Below the pieces are notes generated by a model. That model was given only the letters and a program-made list of their open reading frames with translations. It did no database searches and had not been told where the DNA came from. The translations under genes were made by a program, and so were the position numbers. A DNA stretch of 63,610 bases, the filler included, from Octopus bimaculoides (lineage: Eukaryota): assembly GCF_001194135.2 (NCBI RefSeq). It is 4 parts of 4 records of this genome, joined end to end, with 100 filler letters (N's around TTAATTAATTAA, not from the genome) between each part and the next. Parts side by side here need not be neighbours in the genome. Positions count along the whole stretch, not along the records: positions 23,882 to 53,209 come from NC_069000.1; positions 53,310 to 58,623 come from NC_068986.1; positions 58,724 to 63,610 come from NC_068993.1; 1 more part is not named here. One strand, given 5' to 3'. Shown here piece by piece: positions 47,990 to 60,690 of this stretch (within the stretch, counting starts at the first letter, position 1; each line of letters opens with the position of its first letter).

Positions 47990-49000
47990 GAACATACGTA
48001 CTTGTCCAGCCCACTGCTTACCTCCTAGACTATAGGACCTATAGCTTTGCATCATAAATGAAATCGTGTATAACGCAAATGTAAAATCAACACCAGCATT
48101 GCAATATGTCAAAAGTATTTCAGAAAAATAAAACAAAACAAAGAACAGTAGTACAAACTATTTATTTTCACAGCAGGACTGCCATTGAACTTCCGCTTAT
48201 TTTTTACCTATATCATTTTGTTTTTCTCTTAGTTTTTTTATGAAAGTCCATTATGTGAAGCGTCGAACTCTCTCATCTGCTTCTTCCTTTGATGGTGAAT
48301 TTGAATATCTTTGATCTTGATGTTTTTTTCCCGGATATCTGTTGTATAAGAGGTCATATAAATATGCACAGCGATAACAAACGCATTGACAACAACACCA
48401 AGTGTGTACCAACGAGCTTCTACGCAAGTGGTTGAAGTGTTAGAAATAGCAGCTAATTTCCTCTTAAAGTTTTTAAAATAAAGAAACTACGCATTTTGTC
48501 TAATACCTCTGTAGTTGTATATATGCAGAAAAAAAATCCGGGTTGATAGTATGTGTCTTCGATCGAGGGGGAAGGTGCTAACAATATCAATCACATTTCC
48601 AAAGTAACAACCATCATATAATTCGAAAACGAAGCTAAAAGACGAAGCTGAAAGATGAAAGAAATTGCGATGTCGATTAAATAGGAGACGAAAGCCAGCT
48701 TTTGTAAGATGAGATCGGATGCATCGCGTCGCCAATCATAGGTTGCTGAATCAATATCCAATATTCTGTCTTCTTGAAAAATATGTCAGCCTTGGTAAGC
48801 GTAATTCACCGCAATATCGATTGTTCAGGATTGATAGAGAGGATTTATGTGTATAGTATTAGATACATGTTCTGTTGTGTTGGTGATTTGATAGCCCTGA
48901 TGAAATTGACCAATAGTGAGCAACTTTCATGTCACTATAAACCTATTTCTTTTTTAATATCAGGGCTAAATGGTACAATGGCTACTATTTCTAGTATATA
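47990..49000 (-). pseudogene. Intronless class-A GPCR pseudogene (FMRFamide-receptor-like group)
   Basis: Ordered TM motifs: EIGL**..SLLV..RAIKSPTQQNMYL (TM1-2), ASFSNYMMVVTLE then FPLDRRHILSTR (TM3/ICL2), LGVVVNAFVIAVHIY (TM5), SMAVLL (TM6) and LLTYCNAGVDF..LY (TM7). Frameshifted; SINE remnant at ~48420-48480. Confidence 0.6.
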
Positions 49001-49239
49001 GAACAATCATGTTGCCTTATACATGCAAGAGTTAGAAATATTATCGCATCTGCTTGTTTAATCGACGTTTAGTATCACTCTACTAGCACCTTACCCCAAT
49101 CTGCAATCACATAAACTATTTTATGCAAGATAGTACTCAGCATGTGTAAGGTACTGTACAAAGTATGGCAGGCTATAGGGGGTAATTAACTGTTAAGTCT
49201 GTTATATATATATTGGAGTATTAAGGTGACCAGCTTGTA

Positions 49240-49420
49240 GAATCATTAGTACACGGGAAAAAAGCTTAGCAGTATTTCATCCGCCTTTACGATCTGAGTT
49301 CAAATTCTGCAGAAGTCGATAAAATAAGTACCAGTTGAGCACTGAGGTCGATGTAATCGACTTATTCCCTCACCCTAAGTTACTAGCCTTGTACCAGACA
49401 TTTGAAATCAATACATAGTG
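49240..49420 (+). mobile_element. Short-family SINE
   Basis: gagttcaaattctgcagaagtcgataaaataagtaccag. Confidence 0.65.
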
Positions 49421-49599
49421 GAGTATTTCCTACAGTTTCTAAGGTATGATAGAACACTTCTATAATGTATTGTTCAATACAAATTGTGTGCTAGAATCTA
49501 AAGTACAGCAAACACCATAATCTGAAAGTACTGTAACACATACCATGACATAATCTATGAGGTACAGTATATCGAATAGAAACAGTGTGTGGAAGTAAT

Positions 49600-50520
49600 A
49601 GTGAAAGAAGTCCATAATCTTTCATGCACTAAAACTGTAGACGCGTATCAGCAGAAATTATTGTATAACGTTGATTATAGTGGTCTCGGCGCTGGAGATG
49701 GCGGAGATTTTCTCCCCGCTTGTGATATAAATAAGCGTTCGTTTTGTACCAAAAGCCAATATGAGAGATGTTCTAATGGTATCTACTGCAGTATAGTTTG
49801 TTCTAACAGAACATCCACGTTTAAGTAAGAATAAATATTATCTCTCGGTATTAATACGGACTCAGTCGCTCATATATTTAGATCATAGTGTATAAACCAT
49901 CTCGTACGTCAGAGACACTTGTCAAAGCGTATCATATAATACAAAGCATAGCATACAATATAAGCTAAATAAACTCCTTTTCGTGGGTTAACTTACAGTG
50001 CAGTAGTCTACAACAGGCATGGATAAAGTTTCTCGAGAAGCAGGTAACATGACACATAGCTCATCATCCCATAAGCTGTACTACTAAAAACATTGAAGGT
50101 AATTTTTCTTTGTGCGTGCGATTCAGAAAGTGCCATAGACTGCAGTGTGCCCATGTCTGGTTTATAGTACGATGTATATTGTGAGGAGCTGCAAGGATAT
50201 GGGGCTCACTGCACGCGCAACAAGCTACAGAGAACCTTTCTATAATAATTTTGCCAGTTCGCCGCCTACACTGTTACTGTAATATTAGTTTCTGTATTAT
50301 AAAATCGAACTTGTTCATGCGCAAGATTAATGATGGTAATTGTTTTCAGTAAGAAACGTGAGTTTCGTCTTTGTTCCTCTCCTTCTTCTTCAATGTAATA
50401 CCGTTTTTGCAGTCTTTAGGCCATGTAAGAATGCCACAGCATTCTCTTTGAAGTCTTATCTCTTTTCTCCCTTTTTCTTTATTATTATTGAATTGACAGA
50501 ATTGTAAGCTATTTAGAGAA
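49600..50520 (-). pseudogene. Possible second, more decayed GPCR pseudogene in tandem
   Basis: GIFSK*LTILSI (TM1-like), IIIERFSVAC (ERF motif) and hydrophobic downstream stretches. Confidence 0.35.
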
Positions 50521-50999
50521 AATTCCAGCTTGTTTCGAGTTTTCACTTTCTAAGTTCAATATCCGCTTAGATCAAATTTGCTTTTCGTTCCTCTGGGGTT
50601 GTTAAATTAAAGGTACTGGAATCAATTTTATTGACTAGTACCGCATCCACCGAATTTCACTGTTACTATTACTAAAGGTATTGTGTTGCCAGAAACGTTA
50701 GAGTAGAGTTGTGGTATGTGTTCCAGTTCGAACCTTACAGATGTCACGTTAGGATTACATCACTCCACGGTCGATAAAATAAAGTATCGGGAGAAAATGA
50801 GGTAATGTTGATCAATTTTATTTACCAGAGGGATTTTAAATTAATAGTACTCATTATTTAGCATCACATAAAAGAGAAGTTGAAGGTAACAATAGGGCAA
50901 ATTTACTGCATTATATACTAAAATAAAGTCTACAGTATCTTTATTTAGTTTACTTGAGACACACACTCTTTACTGTTTGCCTTTATTAGGTTCTTTTTT

Positions 51000-51580
51000 T
51001 AAAAGAAGCTAAGAGTCAAGATTGAGGTGTCCCACTGTAGTAAATTTGCTGAAAGGCAGATGAGAGTAGCGTTATCAGCAAGAATTGTTCTAGTCTCAAG
51101 CAAGAATTGCAGGTCGGAGATTTGGAGAGGTAGCTCTTGCCCTTGGTATTCAGAGCGAACCTGTATCAATAGAATCTTTATTATACAGGAATACTTTTCT
51201 GTGTCAACCTCCACACTTCATTCGTCCTATCTTTATAAAATACTTTTCATTTGAAATCCCTGTGGCAAATTAACTATAGTGATATTAAAGACACCTTATT
51301 TCTCGGTCAAGCCCTCATAAACAGTTTTAAGTTGCACTTGGAAAGGAAAGTGAGGGTAGAAAGTAAAGTGTTACCTCTCAGTAATCTGTAGATCGGAGAG
51401 CAACAAGAGGAAAAGTATTCGTGCCTTTGTTGGACAGGATAATCCTGGGGCTGTGGGATGGGGTTCTGGATTGACCCAAGCTGGAATTTCTCTTGTATCA
51501 TTTCCTTCTTCCAATCCTTTATGTAAATCTTCACGCAAATTGTTGCCTGTTGTTTTGATGTTCCCATCATCTATGTTCCT
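51000..51580 (-). mobile_element. Old LINE RT fragment
   Basis: ILADNATLICLSANLLQ (cf. YADD..LI...LQ) with upstream GVRQG-like and GF...T...IF-like remnants. Confidence 0.5.
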
Positions 51581-51919
51581 GTGGCTAATAAAAGTAAATA
51601 TCCTTATTATTATTATTATTATTATTATTATGATTGCTGTTGTTGTGCAATCCGTGTTCCTCTACCATCTGTCAGTTTGGTCTCTGTAGCTGTCAGTCTG
51701 CTGAGACACTGTCTCCATCACTACGGCATTGACCGACTACAAACCAACTAACACTTCAATACGTCTTATTAAAGGAAGCCATCCTTCAGTTAATCCTTTT
51801 TGCCGGAAGCTTCTAGTAAATTAACTTCAAAAGCTAAAACCTTGTTGTTAGTCTTTATACGTGAAAATTTAATGATAACTTAATGGAATTATCTCTTGAA
51901 TTTATATATCTGAACGAGG

Positions 51920-52298
51920 AGACTATCGAACAAAGAGACGAATGAAAGAATGACTGAATAGCTAAATGAACGAATACGCAGATGGATGAACGGATGATCA
52001 AGTGAATGAGTGAACTAATAACGAACAAATCAATAAATAATGAATGAATGATTGATTGAATAATTAAATGAAAAAGAGGTACATAAATAACTGAATTGTA
52101 GGATGAATAAATGCTTAGATGAATGGATGAATGAAAAAAGAAAATGAGAATTCGCCGCTTCTATTTTCACCGCTAATTGCCAGATCGTCAGTTTCATCTG
52201 ATCTACAGGAAGTGGGAAAAGGAGCAGAGACAGAGATAGAACAGATAGATAGAATGGATAGACTGAATAGAATAGTAAGGAATAGAATAAAATAAAAC

Positions 52299-52356
<58 letters not shown>

Positions 52357-52390
52357 ACAGTTAGAGATAGCTTGATAGATAAGTATAGAT
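51920..52390. repeat. Degenerate (TGAA)n followed by (GATA)n microsatellites
   Basis: Read directly. Confidence 0.85.
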
Positions 52391-52589
52391 AGAGTGGTTT
52401 GTTTGTTTCAGTGAAATTAGAAGTATATCTATTAAATATATGAATGTAAATTTATTTGCAACTTATCCACAAATCTGCTGTGTAAATACTTAGGAGGATT
52501 GATATGCGATGCAATTGATTGTAGAGATATGTAATCAGCAGAAACAGTCTTTGTAGTTCTTAGCGTTTCTCATTAGCAGATGAAATTTA

Positions 52590-53040
52590 CTACTATTCTC
52601 CCTAAATATTGGTTTCAAATTTTGACATAAGGCCAGCAACTTCGAGAGAGGGTAAGTCGATACCATCGATCCCCAGTATTCGACTGGTGCTTATTATACT
52701 GACCCCCCCCCCCGCGCGTGTGTAGGCGTCGCTGTGTTGTAAGAAGCGTCCTAACCACCTTCGACAAATGTCTTCTACCAGAGTTTATCGCCGACCAAGG
52801 CCTTCTGAATGGATTAGTTAGACGGAAACTGAAAGAAGTCTATACATGTATGTGTATGCATGCGAGTGCATGCGCGCTTGCACGTGTTTGTCTTTGTGTC
52901 TGTGTTTGCACCCACCACTAATTGTCAACAAGGTGCCGGTGTGTTTAGGACTGAGAGCGATTTATTCGACTAAAAATTCTGCAGCGAGGAGTCTAAGTAT
53001 GGACGTAGTCTAATGACTGCAACAAGTAAACGTAACAGAT
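52590..53040. mobile_element. Short-family SINE tail (minus) joined to long-family SINE (plus)
   Basis: ataaggccagcaacttcgagagaggg... followed by gtaagaagcg...aaggccttctgaatggatt...cgactaaaaattc. Confidence 0.6.
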
Positions 53041-53312
53041 AAACGTATGCATGTATGCATGTATATATGTATGTATTTATGTATATATGTATGTATTTAT
53101 GTATGTATGTATTTATGTATGTATGTATGTATGTATGTATTTATGTATGTATTTATGTATGTATGTATGTATGTATGTATGTATGCATGTATATATGTAT
53201 GTATGTATGNNNNNNNNNNNNNNNNNNNNNNNNNNNNNNNNNNNNNNNNNNNNTTAATTAATTAANNNNNNNNNNNNNNNNNNNNNNNNNNNNNNNNNNN
53301 NNNNNNNNNAAA

Positions 53313-53549
53313 CAAACCTCATCCAGCTATTCTGATTATATGTCTGTGCACACGTTTGAATGTGGTGTGTGCCAGAGGGTTTGCAAATCCAATGGGGGTC
53401 TTAAAAGACATGTTAGGATCCACAATGAGCAGAACTTACTTGCAGGTATTGGTAGTGCAAATCAGAGGTGCAATCTGTGTGGGTGTTTTTTCAAAACACT
53501 GTCTGGTTTAAAAAGCCACATCAGACGCCATGAAAGGGCTAAGGTGTAG
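53313..53549 (+). mobile_element. ORF with two C2H2 zinc fingers, probably the C-terminus of an RTE LINE cut by the gap
   Basis: CGVCQRVCKSNGGLKRHVRIH and CNLCGCFFKTLSGLKSHIRRH. No TGEKP linker; the frame is open back to the gap; the RTE at 2047-3520 ends in a similar finger pair. Confidence 0.55.
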
Positions 53550-54014
53550 GTGCAGGAGGTGGTCAAACTCTGTTTAAGGAGTAGACAACCACCATATATT
53601 TATTTACACACACACACACACACACACATATAATTCTTATTAATTCTTAATCGGACGCAGTAACAGTGATAACGCCGCACCCTAAAATTGCTCTTTCAAT
53701 GCATTCGATTGTTCTCCATACCGGTTCCCGTTTCACAATTTCGCTTACAAGGTTTATGTGGATCTGAGACTGCGGTACAAGACGCACATGACTACATACT
53801 GTGGAATCGAACTCCTGAAGCACTTTTCTATACAAGTTTCATTCATTTATGTATTATTGTTAATAAATGTGTGAATATATGCAAAGGGCAACATGGAGAA
53901 ATTTTCAACTTCTTTTTATGTTTGAGTGGAATTTTGCGGGCATTTCCCAATAGTAAATAATACTTAATGCTCTAAATGAAGTATTAACAGTAACTGCACG
54001 ATAAAGTGAAGTAT

Positions 54015-54260
54015 ATTGCCACTTAAGTATGGCTGACCCCTAGGGGTGGATGTTACTGTTGCTTTTAGCCCCAGGAGGACATCTCCTCCAGCTGGCTTAT
54101 CGACACACTACTGTGTCCTGTTTGTTTTGCCAAGGGAAGTTATCCCTCTCAAACAGGGCACAGTAGTGTGTCGATAAGCCAGCTGGAGGAGATGTCCTCA
54201 TGGGGCTAAAAGCAACAGTAACATCCACCTCTAGGGGTCAGCTACACTTAAGTGGCAATA
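54015..54260. repeat. Long near-perfect inverted repeat (~110-bp arms, 25-nt loop)
   Basis: Arms ~54015-54124 and 54150-54260 are reverse complements with few mismatches. Confidence 0.92.
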
Positions 54261-54409
54261 CTTAATGCATTCTTTAAAATATCACTAACTCTTGATGAAC
54301 CTCTACTATATAATTACTATAACATATATTTGTGCATTGGAAAAAGATATTATAGTGAAAGAAACTATCAATATGTGCATTGTACAAGTAATATTTTTAC
54401 CATTGTCAA

Positions 54410-54840
54410 GGCGGCGAGCTGGCAGAAACGTTAGCACGCCGGGCGAAATGCTTATCGGTATTTCGTTTGCCGTTACGTTCTGAGTTCAAAATCCGCCGAG
54501 GTCGACTTTGCGTTTCATCCTTTTGGGGTCGATAAATTAAGTACCAGTTACGCACTGGGGTCGATGTAATCGACTTAATCCCTTTGTCAGTCCTTGTTTG
54601 TCCCATCTATGTATAGCCACTTGTGGGCAATAAAGAAATAAGAAACGTTAGCATGCCGGGCGAAATGCTTAGCGGTATTTCGTCTGCCGTTTCGTTTGAG
54701 TTCAAATTCCGCCGAGGTCGACTTTGCCTTTCATCCTTTCGGGGTCGATAAATTAAGTACCAGTTTCGAACTGGGTCGATTTAATTGTCTGGCCCCCTTC
54801 CCCAAAAGTTTCGGGCCTTGTGCCTAGAGTAGAAAAAAAT
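54410..54840 (+). mobile_element. Tandem dimer of the short SINE family (Meta/MESC-like central domain)
   Basis: Two copies of gaaacgttagc...gagttcaaattccgccgaggtcgactttgcctttcatcctttcggggtcgataaattaagtaccagtt. Confidence 0.85.
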
Positions 54841-57677
54841 ATTTTAACCTTTGTATATTATGAACATTATGAAAATGAGTATAAAAAGAGATTATTTACG
54901 GAATTATAAATATTGGTAAGAGTTGCGCGAATGAAATATAGTATTTACTAAAATACCATTATTACCAACATATGGAATATTAGAACTTATTTACTGAATT
55001 ATCAAAATTAAAAGAGTAATGTCGTTAAAGGAGATTAATTACAAAATTACCAATATTTCCAAGACACATGAAACTAATGCCGATTACTAAATTATCAACA
55101 TTAAAAAGTTGAAATAGATTATTTACTAATAGATTATTTGCCAATAGATTATTTACCAATTATCAACATTATCAAGACTTGTCTAGTTTATTTGGGAAAA
55201 GTAAACGGAACTATAATGCTGAATACTACGATTAGTTAATAAGCTTTAATGTATGATTTGGCATATTAATGAAACACGTAAATATTCATAATGTGATCGT
55301 TGCAGATAATATAAATTATTTATCAGTCGTTCATGTGGAAAGTAGTTTTGTTTTGTATGTGTATATCTACTAAGTTATGAAGTGTGGCTGTGATTCCTGT
55401 GTTCAAGTCATTGGTGTATATCCTCTTTCTAAACAAGAAGCATTATTGTTTCATGACTCGGTTTCCAGGACAATACAGAATACGACGTAGACAGTCAGGT
55501 AACCTTATCTGAGCTGGAGCAATTCATCTCTTATCTACAAAACATTATACTCCAATGTTCATGAAGGAAAAATGCATTGACTTATGGTTAATGCATTGAA
55601 TTCACACTAAGAATTTCAACGTTTTATGGACTATAATAATTGATACTGTTCATAAATCGAAAAACTCCAGTAAAATGTACTTAGTGTATTCTTTACTTTT
55701 TTTAGCCGTCATTGATAAACCTATGAAACAACACCACCTTCATGTGTATATATTTTTCAATAAATATATGGAGATGGGAATTAACATAAATAAATATAGT
55801 TTACATAAAAGTAGAATATGATTGCTTGAAATATCACTTTTTAATGTGAATTCTCGGAAGAAAAGAATGAGTAGGGGTTGCATTGATCGACCTGCTAGGA
55901 AGTGACAACAGTATTTGACTACCATAGTAAAGAATCAATGCATCCTTTTCCTCAACAATCAATAATCAACAAATGTTTATCTTTCCCGTCGAAGATCTGT
56001 TGGTAAAACATAAAGTGAGGTCGGACGGAGAAAGCGATAATTGTGTGAATACATCTACCAATGAATGTGCAATAAACTAAATAAATATCAGATATATTAG
56101 ATTGTTATCTTTACGTCGTATACAGCGGAGTCGGAGTGGGTGATGAAATTTGGGGCGAAAACTTGAAGTTATAAACAAAATAGAAACGAAAATATAACAA
56201 AAAAGAAAACTGATCGACAAATTATGTATCAATTTCGAAATAATATGATTACATTTGAACTGAAGGGTGACAAAGGAAATATTCACTAAGAGAGAAACAA
56301 ATGGTGTTTAAGCTTAGTTTATATGATTCGATTTTCTGATATATGCAGATCGGCGCCATGTTGCTTGCCCAATCAGACCATTAGCAATTCCAGTTGTTTT
56401 CCTTAATGCTATTTGTTTAGATTTTGGTAGTGACCTCAACATAGACCTGCTTCATATGAAATCATTAATTTATTTACAATTAAGTTCCTTTTCGCCGGTA
56501 GTAGTGAGAAAGAAGGGGTAAGTACAAGAGCTTCGGATTCCTAGCAATATAAGAAAAGAAAACAAGCAATTTTCTGTTTGTCTACATGTTTTATTTAGCA
56601 ATATTACCTTACAGTATAAACCTATTAGGGATTGCTAACAAATCTCTAGTATATGATCTTGGTATATTACATTAAGTGCCTAATGCATTAGAACCCAAGG
56701 ATGGGAATATGAAGAAAAAAAAAGCGTGAAAAATTGCAATGCAGCACGAATACAGAGAGCTACACTACATCAAGCCAAAGAGGCAACGAGCGAACTGCTA
56801 CTGAGCCCTCGAACTTCTAGATGTTGCAGATATTCCGTTAAAGAAAAAGCAAGTTAGTGTGTCATATATTATGTCTAATGAAAAGGCAGGAGTGTCACAG
56901 TTAGACCACGTTTAACCAAATCGATGAGCGACAAACGACACAAACAACTTGGAAACAAATAACAGATTCCCTGCATATCTGTATATATGTTTCATTTATT
57001 TCATCATGGGCGTTATTAGTTTTCCTGTGTCTAAATACACTGATTACTATTAAACTATGCTTTTAATGGCATAGTACTAGAAATACATTTGTGGGTTAGA
57101 TTAACTTCCGTAAACTCTCTCTAAATGATATTATCAATGCAGGCTGAGTTCTTAAGTAATTCATTCTTAACCTATCCCAGGTCAAAGTTTTAGAAAGTTT
57201 TTCGTTTCATCCGGTATGCATAGGACAACACTCATATAGATCTTACATAGTAAGCTGTGTTGCAATTTGGCATTTATGTTTGGTCTCTGAACTTCAAATA
57301 GAATTTGAAGAGAAAACATATTACATTATCGTTTCTTTTCTATCATCTTGAAAGGCACATGATCCATGTGGAATATTTAGACTAAAGAATGTTTCATTTG
57401 GAAGCACATTGTTGTATATATCTCTGCAATGTTTCAAGATTAACTTCTAATCACATCATTTATTGTAAGGGAAATTGTCGAAAAAAAAATTGATCTATTC
57501 TCTTAAAGTGTCTTAAAATGTCCCAACATTTGTAACACTTCACTTCCCTCAAATCACTGGCCTACCATCTACGATACGAAGTACAGATTGGACTATATAA
57601 CGCGAATTATAGCTTCGACCGTAGGCCTGCTTGATCAAAGCTTAACACGAACGACAGCAACTACAAATAATATAATA

Positions 57678-57875
57678 AGGCGGCGAGCCGGTAGGATTGT
57701 TAGCTTTGAAGTATTGTGTCCATCTTTACGTTCTGAGTTCAAATTCCACCGAGGTTGACTTTACCTTTCATCTTTCGGACTCCATATCATAAATACCAGT
57801 TGGGTATTGAATTCGATTTATTCGACTTATCCCGCCGCCTAAAATTGTTAACCTTGTGTCAAAATTTGAAACCAC
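57678..57875 (+). mobile_element. Short-family SINE
   Basis: aaggcggcgagcc...gagttcaaattccaccgaggttgac. Confidence 0.7.
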
Positions 57876-58483
57876 AGTGTTACCCTTACTGCATGTATAG
57901 TGAAGAAATACTGCTTCGTGAAGGCATCAGTTAAGGGTACTGTGTGGTGTGAAATGAAAACCCTTCCACTAATAAACTGTATCTGCAGTCTAATACACTT
58001 CAACTAATGATAGATAATGTAATATAATTATGTGATACGTAAGGAATCACATACAAGTTCACATGTTTATTTGTGAGGTAAAATGTTCGGTAGATTTATA
58101 AATGTATGCATCATACATTCAAAACCGCTTCAATTGTTCAGCATAGTCCAAACTAGATCAGGTAAGTCCATTGTTTAAGGTACTCTAGTATGCCCTTACC
58201 TGCTCTGAGAAGCAGTGTATAAGTTAAGGGATAACTGACTATTATTTCTAAAAGATAAGGTAAGACTGAAGAGACACAATCATTGCTTTCGGTATGTTTA
58301 TGAAGATAGGATGCTTAGTTTTCTATTTCCACGAGGCATCCAACATTAATACATACTACCTCATGAAAAATGATGTGCGGTAAACTAGTATCCTATCTAT
58401 TGATTTGTGGGATAGCTTTGAGTTTCATATATGGAAGAACAAAAGGTAGCAAAAATTTGTGAAGTTTTCACTTATCACACATC

Positions 58484-58526
<43 letters not shown>

Positions 58527-58579
58527 GTATCTCTGTCTGTTTGTCTAGCTGTCGGTCTGACTGTTTATCTCTCTCACCC

Positions 58580-58623
<44 letters not shown>

Positions 58624-58789
58624 NNNNNNNNNNNNNNNNNNNNNNNNNNNNNNNNNNNNNNNNNNNNTTAATTAATTAANNNNNNNNNNNNNNNNNNNNN
58701 NNNNNNNNNNNNNNNNNNNNNNNTATACGACGGGATTCTTTCAATTTCCGTCTACCAGATCTAGTCACAAGGCTTTTGTCTGCTCAGCA

Positions 58790-60690
58790 TAAAGTATATT
58801 GTGTACTGCTCAACTTGAGATAATATATGTATGTGGTTAGCGTTGTTGAGGATTTATATCTTAAATTATTAAAGAAGTTCAAATGAGCCCTGCAGCGACG
58901 TTTAAAATCAAGTGCACTTCTTATATAGACCTTAAATCTATTTGTGTCAGGTATATCTACACGGCACTTATACACCGCGTTATTGCGCAAACAAGATCCA
59001 TCTAGTCGGCATGTATCCGGGTTGCGGCAGTTACATGTTTTTGTTCGTGCCTCAGGATTGGTTCGACGTTTAACTGAGGTTACAGTACCCTCGACTTGTG
59101 CGGGGTGTCCTGTCATATTACCTATATTAGTACTAATATGAATATCTTGGTTATGGGATCAAATCGCAGGATTAGAGTAGGATGAGACTTAACATCTACG
59201 TTTTAATCTATTTATGGAGGTTATGATTGATACTAAATTTGGAGTAGTAAAATATGAAAGCTTTACTGATAATTTGTTGAAGATGGTGTAATACTTGTGA
59301 TACCTTGGGAAATTTTCTCTCAAAATGTTAAAACATGTTTTAGGTCGATCTCTGGACTGAAGTGAGAATGTAGCGGGGCGAACAATATATTTTCCCTTTT
59401 CTTTGGGTTAGAGGACTTAGTTTCATTGAAATGGTTAGAGTTATAGAAGATATTATCATTCCTTTATGACGTGTTATTTTTTCGGTCTTCACCCAAATAT
59501 CTGATTATTCATGTATTTTGCCGGTTCATTTAACGGGGGTGGGGACCAGATTTTTAGATTGTAATGTGTATCCCATGAATAATTTATACAATTTTATTTT
59601 TAGATTTGTATTAGGAATATATAATATGTTATCCTTGTAACCACTTAATCTTAAAGCATTATTATAATAGGGAGCATGAATGTTGAATATCTCCTCATTA
59701 GCAAATAAGTTTGAGATTCTGATCGATACAGCTGTTGTTAAGCTATTGAGAGTTGACCTAGGGTGATTAGAAAGGGAATTCAAATATTGAAGTGCTTGAT
59801 TAGGTTTCCTATATATGTTATATAGGTTAGTATTTAGGTTAAATGTGACGCCCAGGAAATTGACCGCCTTATTAATTATTTCGAAAACAATAATTAACTT
59901 ATAGCTTTTAAAGAATTCAATCAGGGATTTCTTAGTTCGTTTGATCTCAGGTAGGGATAAGTTTTTGGTTGCGAACAGAGCAACATCTCTATTGAGACCA
60001 CCTGAGATATTAGGAAAACGCCGCTTTATTTGCGAGAGGAGAAACAGACCCACATGATCAGTTATTTGGGCCGAGGCAGATGATTCCATTCTAATATCGA
60101 AAAAGTCCGAAGATGTACCTCTGGTGCAGTCATTATCGTTAAGTTAATGAGGGTTTTCTAGCTGCCAGAATTAGATTCATGTCTGCTGGCGAGATGGTTA
60201 CATAGTTTCTGGCAAATATTAATGCGTCACTTAATAGGGTTGGTGTGATAGATTAGTAGTAATCAAAAATATCGAATTGGATATAACTGGTCCGATATCT
60301 ATGATTGAGAGGATGTGTTGCATCGGACGTTCGACGTACGATATAACGGAATGATAATAATGTCCTCGCAAATCGTTCGACTCAAGATACTTGTAGTACG
60401 CAACTTTCGGCTTTTACACACAACTGAATGAAACTATGTGATTACGTCACCAGTAGAATTCCAAAGGTCCAGCACAACATTATGTTTCACTCGCAGCAAT
60501 ATTCTGTCCTTAATAATTTTGCGTAAGTCAAATTTAGTGAAGATTAACTGGATAGGTGGTTTTAATGGTCTTAATTAACTGGATACATGGTTTTAATTGA
60601 AAGTTAGGCTTGTGGTTCTTCTGGGTGAGGTACGGGATTCTTGGTGCATATGGTTCAGTTCTATTCAGTAGGTTCAAATCTACTATAAGT
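58790..60690 (-). mobile_element. Penelope-like element (RT + GIY-YIG endonuclease), decayed
   Basis: CNCRNPDTCRLDGSCLRNNAVYKC...VYIRSALDFKRRCRAHLNFFNN..YKSSTTL (GIY-YIG); VNFLGVTFNLNT..Y..YRKP and YLNSLSNHP (PLE RT thumb). Confidence 0.85.

Noticed and set aside
55113-55160. Three tandem aatagattattt(a/g)c units
   Set aside because: Short AT-rich degenerate duplication with no associated element identified.
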